Source: Balanoglossus misakiensis
Lineage: Eukaryota; Animalia; Hemichordata
NCBI GenBank assembly: GCA_040954595.2
Contig: CM082582.2
Span: forward strand, 10,965,483-11,029,482
DNA length: 64,000 nt
Reading direction: 5' to 3'
Positions within the stretch are counted from its first letter, which is position 1. Each line of letters opens with the position of its first letter. A program made the translations under genes and the position numbers. A model generated the notes under the pieces. The model was not told where the DNA came from. It was given only the letters and a program-made list of their open reading frames with translations, and ran no database searches. This document shows, in pieces, positions 38,600 to 50,327 of the stretch.

Positions 38600-41500
38600 G
38601 ATGTTAGGTGGTCACTGCAGACTGCCAGTAACGGTTACAGCTGCATCGCGGAAATGGACAGTTTCGTCCCAAGCTTGGTTGCCGGATACCCCATCTGGTC
38701 TTTGCATCTGCAAAACACAAGCAATGTAGAAATGAATGTCTATAATAGCCATGGGCATGAAACAAAAGCATTATCACCACTGTACGCCAATTGTTGTTCA
38801 TTCGCAGATGGTACATCGTGCAAATCTGTATGGCTGCCTGGAATTTCACTCTATTTGGCAACTCGATTAAATTCTACTGCAACAACGATAGAGATCTGCC
38901 CATATAAGCTTATAATTGTACTTAGTTAAGCCGACAACTCCTGGACATTGTGAACAAACATATTAAACCCACCCACACCATGTATTGTCTCCGTCATTGC
39001 TTCTATTTTCTTTCCCATAATTCTTACCTTCCCACAACCATGCAGTAATCTCTGGACATCAATCACACAGGCCGGCAATCATCTTAGCATCATCTATGGG
39101 ATCCCTGGAATAAATGAAAAATATGTAAATTGAATGTCTCCTACAAAGATGGCGGACATGTTTGTGCCATAACAAAATGGCCACCAACTGCATCTAGCAG
39201 TCAGGTCGGTTTTACAACACTGAATTGACATCCACATATAGTACTGGGTCCATATTGTTACATGCAAGTTTGTGCAAAATCAGTTCGCTTGACTGGGGGG
39301 AACTGCACCAGCCTGAATCGAAAACAACTGTTCAAAATGGCCACCAAGAGGGGCCTTGATGTCTATGTCGATTGTCAAACCTTGCTTGAAATCTCTGGTC
39401 TTCGTTCAGCCATTGAACATACAGCCCTTACCGCACCCAGCTATACTGCTGCATGGCGAAATTACAACTAGTCACTTAGGCCCCAGCTTGGTTGATGAAT
39501 ACCATTATCAATTGATCTCGTCTCTGGATCTGCAAAACAAGGAAATGAAGTGAATGTCTGTAATATTCATGATCGTTCGGCCATGGAACATACCTGCCCT
39601 TACCTCACCCAGCTATACCGCTGCATGGCGAAAAAACTGGCTCTGCATCTGCAAAACAAGCAAATGAAGTGAATGTCTATGATATTCATTAAAAACGAAA
39701 GAAAACATCTACCGCAATCACTTGTTAGGACTGTTCGTCGACAGTCAAGTAACCACAGAAGTTCTGCCTGACATTGTCCACATTTACAATTTTTCAATTT
39801 TAAAGCCACGAGGAAAATTTTCAACTCTGACAAAGAAATCTTGAAGTGAATCCACTTACCGCTGCCCCTGTAAAGCAAACCTGAAAATGAAAAAAACGAA
39901 TGCCAGGTTGTACAAGTATATTTTAATAATAACTTTTATTGAGGAAAATGACAAACAGATACAAAGCTCAAAAATACAACTAGCTAAGATGATGGGTGCA
40001 AAATAAACCACTAGGATTATACCAGTATATGTTTTAATAACGTTTTATTTATTTTATTTATTTTAAGATTACAAAACTCAACAAGACCAAACCTGCAAAG
40101 TAAAGACCTATTTTACTATAAAAAACAGGTTAACGGAGACATCGGTACGGAAATAAACCACCCCCAGTGTTATCAAGACGTATATGTTTTTAATATTTTT
40201 ATTGAATAATGACGAAAGATTACAAACCTAAAAAGACTTATTTTACTACAAAAACAGGTTAACGGAGACATCGGTACGGAAATAAACCACTCTCAGTTTT
40301 ATCAATACACGTATGTTTTTAATATTTTTTATTGAATAATGACGAAAGATAACATATCTAAAAAACTATTAACTATATACGCACGCGCGAAGATGATCGG
40401 TACGGAAATAAACCACTCCCAGTATTATGAGTGCGTGTATGTTTTTAATATTTTTTTTATTGAATAATGATGAAAGATAACATATCTGAAAAAACGCGTA
40501 TTAATTATATTAAACCAACAGTCTAAGGGATGGGACCCACCCGCACCGGGGATTTTATTTATGTCTATATAACTTACTTGTTACGAAACTTCATCCACTG
40601 GTCTTCATTCAGCCATGGAACATACAAACGCTCACCTCATTGTAGGCTAGTTGCATGGCCCAAATATACCGTACAACTTACCTTGACACACACATGCACA
40701 CACACTCACAACAACGAGCACCTTTCGAAGCATTCAAAGCCGATGAACTTGTTGGTGCCGTAACAAAAATGACCCATACACCGAGCATGTGGTCATGTTG
40801 GTTTTAAAACTTCAATGACATCCACATATATAGCATCCGCATTGTTGCATTCTTCAGATTTATGTAAAATCGGTTCGCTGAACTGGCTACCGGCACCAGT
40901 CAGAATCGTTGAAAGATCTTAAAAATTGCCAAAAAAAACTTGGCTGATACCGCTTACTTTGACATCATGCTTGATAACATCATAGCATCCACGCAGAGTA
41001 TAGCAGCAGTTCGTCTGGGCGTTCGATCTGCAAAAAAGGGAAACAAATTGAATGCCTATCCATGAACATGAAACCAAAGATCAACCGTCATCACCGTACG
41101 ATGAACTGGTGTTCATTCGCATATTGTACATCATACACGACGACAATAGTATGTTTTAGGGCTTCGCTGGGAAACAAGTAGCCTGAAACCCCAGCATGGC
41201 ACTATGTACATTTAATTACATATTTTCAAGTTAGGCCTACAGCCTAGCGGAATTTTTTTATATAAAACTCCGAAAAAAATATTTTTGGCAAAGACTGCAC
41301 GGACACACAAAAATAACTGTACCCAATGAAGCGTTTCAAAGCTTATTTTTGCCATTGTCTGGTAGTATAATACAAAATTTGCATTCGCTCACACTCGGAA
41401 ACACGCTGACTACACGTGAACCCGCTACCAATTCATCATAGCACCTCCCCTTTCCCGAAAAAACTACCTCGTTTTTTTATGTAAAAACCTGCTGCCCACC

Positions 41501-41860
41501 AGTAGAGCTATAACACCGACCTGTCTTAATTTGATAAACCGTACATCTCAAGTAGAGTTACGCGAAACGGTGGCATTTGTGAATTAAAACGCAAGGAAGC
41601 GCTGACTCGAAGTGTCTGACTGCCACGCACCCAATTGCTCAATTCTGTGGTGTAAACGTCTGGCTTTTTAGTTGTCCGTAATTCGCCACAGAATAACCCA
41701 TGTTTCTGGTCAAAAATTGAGTAACTGTGTCTACTTCTGTTACTTTACTTACCGCTGTTGTCGTGAAAACTATCCAGCGGAGAAACTCTGTTTTGGGGGC
41801 CAGAGTTTTCCGCATCTTCGCGTGGTCCGTGCAGCAGCATGGCCGTCACTTTTGAAAATG
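38600..41860 (-). ncRNA. Putative multi-exon spliced non-coding (or micropeptide) transcription unit, convergent with the CAP gene
   Basis: Chain of minus-strand GT-AG-bounded segments: ~41850-41753 (|gtaagt), 41027-40958 (tttgcag|, |gtaagc), 39880-39860 (ttttcag|, |gtaagt), 39648-39604 and 39529-39432 (ttttgcag|, |gtaagg), 39104-39028 (ttccag|, |gtaaga), and an acceptor at 38707 (ttttgcag|). The spliced product has no long ORF. There is no expression evidence. Confidence 0.45.
39920..40495 (-). repeat. 4-5 diverged ~126-150-bp tandem repeats, each resembling a 3' splice site + short terminal exon + AATAAA + GT-rich downstream element
   Basis: The shared motif aaataaaccac occurs at ~40001, 40152, 40280 and 40406 (preceded by atcggtacgg in the last three). 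Minus-strand AATAAA lies at 39935, 40044, 40198, 40328 and 40456. Confidence 0.8.
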
Positions 41861-41995
41861 CATGGAAGACTGGACGGAAATTTCAAATTGGGGGTGGTCC
41901 AGGTGGCGCTAACCAATCAGCAGCGAACACTTAGCTCTGGCGTGACGCGTCTCACGTCACGTCACGTGACCAGCATCAAACGTGACCAGAACGTT
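41860..41995 (-). promoter_or_regulatory. Promoter-like motif cluster
   Basis: CACCC/GT box (ggggtgg ~41891), NF-Y-type aaccaatcagc (CCAAT 41913-17) and tandem TCACG half-sites including GTCACGTGAC (41961-70), immediately upstream of the first minus-strand exon-like segment. Confidence 0.5.
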
Positions 41996-42656
41996 ATCCT
42001 TTCAATATGCCATCTCTGCACGGATCATTTTTCCGAAAATTATCATTCAGGTCTGCGGTCTCCCATCAGGGTTATCTTCTCTTTCGCGATCGTCATATTT
42101 CACAAATCTCAGAACAATTTAATCATGACCGAGGTTCCATGAGGGGCAGTCAGTCTCAAGAGACATCCCATGACGATTGAACTTTTGAATTTAACCTTTG
42201 ACCTTTGGCTCACATTACCTAAATTATAGATGGTATATGGTTACTTCAAATCCCCGATGTCATTAAAAAGTTCACCAACGTTAACTTATCCGTGGCAATG
42301 ACTACAAATAATCGTGCCAAGCGGATTATATTTTGAAAGAAAAAAAATCAAACCGCATGGTTCTAACCATCAATTCGGGTCACAAAATAATTTGATCATT
42401 ATGAATCAGTTTAGCGTCACGCGATTTCCTAATAAGACGCGAATTTCCACAAAAGTGATGTCTTTATTTTATACTCCACTGAAAGAATGTGACCCACATA
42501 GACCAGGCTACACCGATACAGTAGTTATACGGTGTCACCCTTTTCAGAAATCGCATCAAGCCAGGGCGCCCTCATTGGCAGAATTTAAAAAAAATAGTCA
42601 GAGTAAGTCGTATTGGTCTTCAATTTCGAAGAGCGCCACCCATCTTGCTTCGAAGT

Positions 42657-45600
42657 CACCGCAGCGGTGCAAATAAGAGTTCCCTGCCCGCAACGATCTG
42701 ACCGTTCTTTATCCACTCCTCGGCGACAAAAACGTTTTATTACGGCCCAAATAATGACTTATTCGCTCCTTGGTTGGTCATGCGGACGGAAAGACACGGT
42801 TTTACCGAGTTTATCTTTCTCTATTCAGACTTGCCCAAGTGAACCGCGACAAAAAAATGACCAAATTTCCCTGCATGTTTCTTAAACCCGACAGATAAAA
42901 AAAAGCAGCGTAGATATTGAAATGAATTGGATTTATGAAAATGATAAAAATTACAATGATAATGTCGTTAAAAGTTCGCAAAAAAAAAAGAAATAGAAAA
43001 AAGTGGTCTCGAACCAACATCAGTTGACACCTTTAGATAAAAGCCTAGCCTTCCTGAACCCTTCGCCATCACGATGTGTACTCGAAACAGTCGGAAATTT
43101 ACCTCATTGCAGCATAACTACCATGATCTTATTTGCACCGCAGCGGTGCAAATTCTTATTTGCACCGCAGCGGTGCAAATAAGAGTTACCTGCACCGCAG
43201 CGGTGCGAATAAGAGTTCCCTGCCTCGCAACGATCTGACCGTTCTTTATTCACTCCTCGACGACAAAAAAGTTTTATTATGGCCCAAATAACGACTTTTT
43301 CGCTCCTTGGTTGGTCATGCCGACGGAAAGATACGGTTTTACCGAGTTTATCTTTCTCTCTCCTGAGCACTCCGTATTCAGACTTGCCCAAGTGAACCGC
43401 GACAAAAACAATGACCAAGTTTCCCTGCATGTTTCCTAAACCCGACAGATAAAAAAAAAAGCAGCGTAGATATTGAAATGAATTGGATTTATGAAAATGA
43501 TAAAAATTACAATGATAATGTCGTTAAAAGTTCGCAAAAAAAAAAGAAATAGAAAAAAGTGGTCTCGAACCAACATCAGTTGACACCTTTAGATAAAAGC
43601 CTAGCCTTCCTGAACCCTTCGCCATCCCGATGTGTACTTGAAACAGTCGGAAATTTACCGCATTGCAGCATAACTACCATGATCTTATTTGCACCGCAGC
43701 GGTGCAAATTCTTATTTGCACCGCAGCGGTGCAAATAAGAGTTACCTGCACCGCAGCGGTGCGAATAAGAGTTCCCTGCCTCGCAACGATCTGACCGTTC
43801 TTTATTCACTCCTCGACGACAAAAAAGTTTTACTATGGCCCAAATAACGACTTTTTCGCTCCTTGGTTGGTCATGCGGACGGAAAGATACGGTTTTACCG
43901 AGTTTATCTTTCTCTCTCCTGAGCACTCCGTATTCAGACTTGCCCAAGTGAACCGCGACAAAAACAATGACCAAGTTTCCCTGCATGTTTCCTAAACCCG
44001 ACAGATAAAAAAAAAGCAGCGTAGATATTGAAATGAATTGGATTTATGAAAATGATAAAAATTACAATGATAATGTCGTTAAAAGTTCGCAAAAAAAAAG
44101 AAATAGAAAAAAGTGGTCTCGAACCAACATCAGTTGACACCTTTAGATAAAAGCCTAGCCTTCCTGAACCCTTCGCCATCACGATGTGTACTCGAAACAG
44201 TCGGAAATTTACCGCATTGCAGCATAACTACCATGATCTTATTTGCACCGCAGCGGTGCAAATTCTTATTTGCACCGCAGCGGTGCAAATAAGAGTTACC
44301 TGCACCGCAGCGGTGCGAATAAGAGTTCCCTGCCTCGCAACGATCTGACCGTTCTTTATTCACTCCTCGACGACAAAAAAGTTTTATTATGGCCCAAATA
44401 ACGACTTTTTCGCTCCTTGGTTGGTCATGCGGACGGAAAGATACGGTTTTACCGAGTTTATCTTTCTCTCTCCTGAGCACTCCGTATTCAGACTTGCCCA
44501 AGTGAACCGCGACAAAAACAATGACCAAGTTTCCCTGCATGTTTCCTAAACCCGACAGATAAAAAAAAAAGCAGCGTAGATATTGAAATGAATTGGTTTT
44601 ATGAAAATGATAAAAATTACAATGATAATGTCGTTAAAAGTTCGCAAAAAAAAAAAAGAAATAGAAAAAAGTGGTCTCGAACCAACATCAGTTGACACCT
44701 TTAGATAAAAGCCTAGCCTTCCTGAACCCTTCGCCATCCCGATGTGTACTTGAAACAGTCGGAAATTTACCGCATTGCAGCATAACTACCATGATCTTAT
44801 TTGCACCGCAGCGGTGCAAATTCTTATTTGCACCGCAGCGGTGCAAATAAGAGTTACCTGCACCGCAGCGGTGCGAATAAGAGTTCCCTGCCTCGCAACG
44901 ATCTGACCGTTCTTTATTCACTCCTCGACGACAAAAAAGTTTTATTATGGCCCAAATAACGACTTTTTCGCTCCTTGGTTGGTCATGCGGACGGAAAGAT
45001 ACGGTTTTACCGAGTTTATCTTTCTCTCTCCTGAGCACTCCGTATTCAGACTTGCCCAAGTGAACCGCGACAAAAACAATGACCAAGTTTCCCTGCATGT
45101 TTCCTAAACCCGACAGATAAAAAAAAAGCAGCGTAGATATTGAAATGAATTGGATTTATGAAAATGATAAAAATTACAATGATAATGTCGTTAAAAGTTC
45201 GCAAAAAAAAAGAAATAGAAAAAAGTAGTCTCGAACCAACATCAGTTGACACCTTTAGATAAAAGCCTAGCCTTCCTGAACCCTTCGCCATCACGATGTG
45301 TACTCGAAACAGTCGGAAATTTACCGCATTGCAGCATAACTACCATGATCTTATTTGCACCGCAGCGGTGCAAATTCTTATTTGCACCGCAGCGGTGCAA
45401 ATAAGAGTTACCTGCACCGCAGCGGTGCGAATAAGAGTTCCCTGCCTCGCAACGATCTGACCGTTCTTTATTCACTCCTCGACGACAAAAAAGTTTTATT
45501 ATGGCCCAAATAACGACTTTTTCGCTCCTTGGTTGGTCATGCCGACGGAAAGATACGGTTTTACCGAGTTTATCTTTCTCTCTCCTGAGCACTCCGTATT

Positions 45601-46280
45601 CAGACTTGCCCAAGTGAACCGCGACAAAAACAATGACCAAGTTTCCCTGCATGTTTCCTAAACCCGACAGATAAAAAAAAAAGCAGCGTAGATATTGAAA
45701 TGAATTGGATTTATGAAAATGATAAAAATTACAATGATAATGTCGTTAAAAGTTCGCAAAAAAAAAGAAATAGAAAAAAGTGGTCTCGAACCAACATCAG
45801 TTGACACCTTTAGATAAAAGCCTAGCCTTCCTGAACCCTTCGCCATCACGATGTGTACTCGAAACAGTCGGAAATTTACCGCATTGTAGCATAACTACCA
45901 TGATCTTATTTGCACCGCAGCGGTGCAAATTCTTATTTGCACCGCAGCGGTGCAAATAAGAGTTACCTGCACCGCAGCGGTGCGAATAAGAGTTCCCTGC
46001 CTCGCAACGATCTGACCGTTCTTTATTCACTCCTCGACGACAAAAAAGTTTTATTATGGCCCAAATAACGACTTTTTCGCTCCTTGGTTGGTCATGCCGA
46101 CGGAAAGATACGGTTTTACCGAGTTTATCTTTCTCTTTCCTGAGCACTACGTATTCAGACTTGCCCAAGTGAACCGCGACAAAAACAATGACCAAATTTC
46201 CCTGCATGTTTCTTATACCCAACAGATAAAAAACGCAGCGTAGATATTGAAATGAATTGGATTTATGAAAATGGTTAAAA
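42657..46280. repeat. ~555-bp tandem repeat, ~6.5 near-identical copies, each with three GCACCGC-A-GCGGTGC palindromes
   Basis: The landmark cagttgacac occurs at 43021, 43577, 44131, 44689, 45243 and 45798 (periods 554-558, differing in A-run length). A more diverged partial copy occupies 42657-43020. Confidence 0.98.
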
Positions 46281-46388
46281 AAAACACTTAAAAAACTCCC
46301 CTCCCTCGACAGCGCGGATAGGTCCCTTGAGACGGACTCCACTTTCCTTGACTGACTCCCCAGTGGCCGTCCACTCAGGAAGCGCCTA

Positions 46389-46628
46389 TTATTGCGACTG
46401 AGAATATAGGTCGGCCGTCTTGACGCCCGCTTCAGAGGGTCTTTGTTCCGCCCTGATTTCCCCAGTCTCCGCATTGTCAATGCACGAACAGGTCCGACAA
46501 TGGATTCCATCCAGTGGCACGCAGAAGAACCGGTCATCGTTGATGACACAGTCTACGTCGTGCCTCTGTTTGCATGGTCTCAATTCAAACTGTCTCGCAA
46601 TGACGTCAGGGGTTGAAAACACAACCAT
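46389..46628 (-). CDS. Hypothetical 79-aa cysteine-rich protein
   Basis: ATG-started intronless ORF in a GC-richer patch: PCKQRHDVDCVINDDRFFCVPLDGIHCRTCSC (6 Cys, 2 His), ending TAA TAG. No family recognised; it could be a chance ORF. Confidence 0.25.
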   Translation of the reverse strand: MVVFSTPDVIARQFELRPCKQRHDVDCVINDDRFFCVPLDGIHCRTCSCIDNAETGEIRAEQRPSEAGVKTADLYSQSQ

Positions 46629-49600
46629 ATTTCATATGACTTTTCTCCAATAACATTTATTTTTAGTTCCCGATACAGTGCATTTTCTGCTTAATGTCTG
46701 CAAGAAATCGTCATTTTAAAATATTAAAAAATCTCAGAATGACGTGTGTGTACGACCAAACGCTGCTTTGACATCGGTTGCGCACAGCCATCATTCATAC
46801 TCATCGGTAAAAGAAAGCAAGCCCCAATCATAAAATATAATCTCAAAGATGACAACTCCCGAGATGAATCGCTTTTTAAATGGATTAATCGCTCTTACCG
46901 CGTCGTCTCTACATCATTAGAGAATTTTCTATTATACTCGGAACATAATATTTGGGACGATTTTAATCCGTCCTCAAACCGCCGATGTTGTGATTTATCG
47001 CTCCGAGTTCAACCTGGTGCCACTGAGTCTATGGCAGCACACGACTCCCTGTTAGACTTCATTAAACTCGGCATAGAGGGGGGGGGGTGAGCTCGGATGC
47101 CAGCACGGGATAATAGCATCCACTTTCTCCGTTTCATCCGCCATGCAGAAAGAGGACCGCGTAGGATGAAAAACGCGTGTTTATTCTTCCTTGACTTCGC
47201 GACTCTGCCTAGTCAGGCAAATCGAAAAAGTGGAAAAAAACTGTATGAAATTGCTTATAGGGATAATGAATGTAACCTTCTCAGCAAATGGAGGGCATCA
47301 GAATTTTTTCAAATTGCCGAAATTATTCAAAGAACGTGGCGAGTTTTTACTCATTATATTTACGGCGCCGGTCCAATATAAAAATGAGGGAAATGTCGCA
47401 AAACCGGAATACCGTGATCATCTGACTCGTGGCAGATTTGTCGGACAAGAATGAAGGCTTTAGAATGAGAACAAAGGCCATATTTTAATAAGGCCAAGGC
47501 GAAATTAACCTCTTGTAATCACTTAATTGACATTTGAAGCATGAATGCTGCATTTGCCATCGTAACTGCAGCCGAAGAACAGAGATAAGGCACAGAATTA
47601 GGTAGTCGTCGATAAGAGTGACCAAAGACGAATTCTGCTGCAAGATTGTCCTTCGCAATAATATTATCAGACGGTCAGCTTATCAATAGCACACGAGGCT
47701 GGATAGGTGGTTCACAATGCATTATGGATGTCGTGTGGATTTTATCTGAACGTGCTGTGCTGTGTGGTTGGTTTGGTTCAGACGCTGGATTGTCTGCAAG
47801 GTGCGGCAAGAGGAAACCGGAATGTCTGCATTTTCCCGCCACTTGTGGGTCACGACATCTCTACGCAGGTGGCAAATTTTGGTCACAGAATTGGTGTATA
47901 ATTCATTTATGTAAACGTAAGATTCTACCTTTTCGGTAAAAAAGGGGGGGGGGGACATATTTCAAGGCTGATTTGGACCGCAAACAATACTAGTTCCTTT
48001 AATGTCAAATAATGGGCGACCAGACATTTACTGAGATGAGATTCCAGCGATGGTCAGACAAGGTATAGATGGTATCAATTTTTTATGACCAAGCATGACG
48101 GAGATTGCATCTCAGCATGGTCAAACAGAGATTACATCGAGCATGATGGTCAGACGCAGGCGGACATAAAACGTTACAAATGATCAAAACACATCATGAT
48201 CTCAGACGAAAGCACTTCAATCGAACGACATGGACAGCAGACTCCTCCGATATTTGTCGATCCTTTCATCAGTGAATGGCTGATTTGGTAATTTGCTTGA
48301 CATTTACCGATGCGTGCCGATACATCCTTAATAGTGGGTTTTGAAGCTGCAGACGGCGGACGACGGGCTCTCTGCGAGTCACTCAGTCTGAAGGGCGCCC
48401 TCGGTGAAACCAACCGAGAAAGTTATTTCCAGACGCTGCATGCGATAACTGCCTAGTATCTGTTCCACATTTTGATGACGGGTCGCTAATTGGTATGTTG
48501 TTCTTACATCTCAAGGGCGTTTTCATCGCTTTTCAGTTACATTATCAAACACATTCGACGCTCCCCAGCGATGGACGGCGACAGCTGGGTCAGTTTACAT
48601 CATTATCCGAGGTTTATCGAGGATCACGAGTCAGTTTACCTCTACGTTTGCGGGCGGGCGGATGAGGGGAGGGGAGGGGGTAATAGTTGCGGGGTCATCC
48701 TTGGCCAATAATACCGACCCAAGTTTGTCCAAGCCTCCATGGAAAAGTTTTCATGGTCGAATAAACTTTGTTATAGCTCATGGACCCTGGAACAAGACTA
48801 TGGATAGCTTTTGTCCCAAAGTATCGAAAGTTTTCGTCTCTATATTCACACAAAAAACCTCCATATTGACCCGTATGGCAGACCAGATCGCTTCCCCTGT
48901 ATTAAAATGGGCGGGAAGCGTTAAGAAAAGTGAAAAGCAAAAATGATAGGCTGTGTGTTTAGGAGCGAGCGTATACTGCTTGCACTGGGCATGTACAATG
49001 TGTAACCCGGGCTGATCATTACCGCTTATGTTCATTTATCATTCATGTCTTGAATGAGAAACTGTGTCAGTGGGGACATTCGACGAGAAACACGGCGTCA
49101 ATCATCGACGCAGTCAGTCGAGGATAGAGTCTGCTCGCTATACGAGCTGCACACGACGCTATACGTTTGACGTTACTGTTTTTGGTGGGTAGGTGAGATT
49201 TCCGACGAGCCACGTATACACAGCGCGATCCCGTCGTGACCCAGCGACTTTCTGAAGCTGCTTCAAATCGTGGAATCCTCTGGGGCCGTCGTGCGGATAG
49301 AGTCGACCAACTAGATGAGATTCAGGTTGCTACCCAAAGGAATAGCGCGATCATTTCTATCCGATTCAAGTCTCCCCGAATGTCCTTTGATAGCGCGACC
49401 TAGGTGTACAATTTACTGCAAATCCCAATCGGGCAACCGGTGGGACTGTATTCTTTTTCTGTGTCAGCTGTCGTCTGGGAGTCAGTTGTTTAGAGTATTT
49501 TCCCGCTCTGACAACAGAGTTGAGTACGGGTAACCGTGTCTTTAGCCGTTCGGTACTACACTAACGCCGCGCCTACCACCACTACCTAAAGTGATCTGGC

Positions 49601-49919
49601 GATTTTCGAGCGGGTTTTATTACACGGTATTGTGCCACTGCGGCCGCTGAAAGCGAAAGGTGGCTCATTACACCATAGACGAGGAGCAAGAGGCACTTGG
49701 GTTCATCGCTGGGAGAAATTCTTCATTTGGAGAACCCCTATAATCCCCCCAATTGGCTGCTTGCTTGAGTGAGTCTGGACACCGGCTTACGCTTGAGTGT
49801 GCGCGGATTTTCGTGATTTCACACAAGATTGGCTCGCACTGCTCGCTACAAGTCGGAACAATTGGGGTCACATTCTACATAAACAGGACAACCTCGACCA
49901 GCCTAGTCTATCACATTCC

Positions 49920-50233
49920 AACCTCGGGACTACAAGGAGCTGTAAACTACCGAGGCGGGGCTTAACTGGACAACCCGCCGCTTTCACTAAAAGTGTCCAC
50001 AGCAATTATATAATGAGTGTAAAATTTTTATGGGGCACTGCGGAGTTGGCGTGATCAGGGAAGCTCCTCCATCGTGCGTTTTGACGACGTCCACGCCGGA
50101 TAGATAGAAAGTGTGCGTTAACAGTGTGGTTGTGTAAGTCCCCGGCTTCATAGCGTTTTTGACGGAGTGCGCCTTCTGTGCTGCCGCGGCCGACACTAGA
50201 GAACGTCTTTGTTATGCACAATACTCGCTCATT
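49920..50233 (+). promoter_or_regulatory. Putative promoter / 5' UTR of the CUB-domain gene
   Basis: CpG-rich, with a GC box ggcggggc (~49954) and a TATA-like tatataat (~50007) upstream of the signal-peptide exon. Confidence 0.3.
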
Positions 50234-50327
50234 ATGGCGTCTTCTACAAACATGGTACGGTCGGTCGTACGTCTCTCTATACTTTCACTCATACTAGTGT
50301 GGACACAGGGACTTCAGCACGAAACAA
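50234..50327 (+). CDS. CUB-domain protein, probable exon 1 (signal peptide)
   Basis: attATGG start. Encodes MASSTNMVRSVVRLSILSLILVWTQGLQHET, a signal peptide-like sequence. Consensus A|gtaagt donor in phase 1, compatible with the phase-1 CUB exon 12 kb downstream (link inferred). Confidence 0.7.

Noticed and set aside
43104-46549. Repeated 136-aa ORF (MQGNLVIVFVAV...HRCGA x3) in the 555-bp units
   Set aside because: Recurrence simply follows from near-identical DNA copies. One copy has a premature stop, and the HRCGA repeats are translations of the DNA palindromes.
48768-48785. 13-bp reverse-complement match to the satellite (catgagctataac)
   Set aside because: Too short, and the flanks do not align to the monomer.
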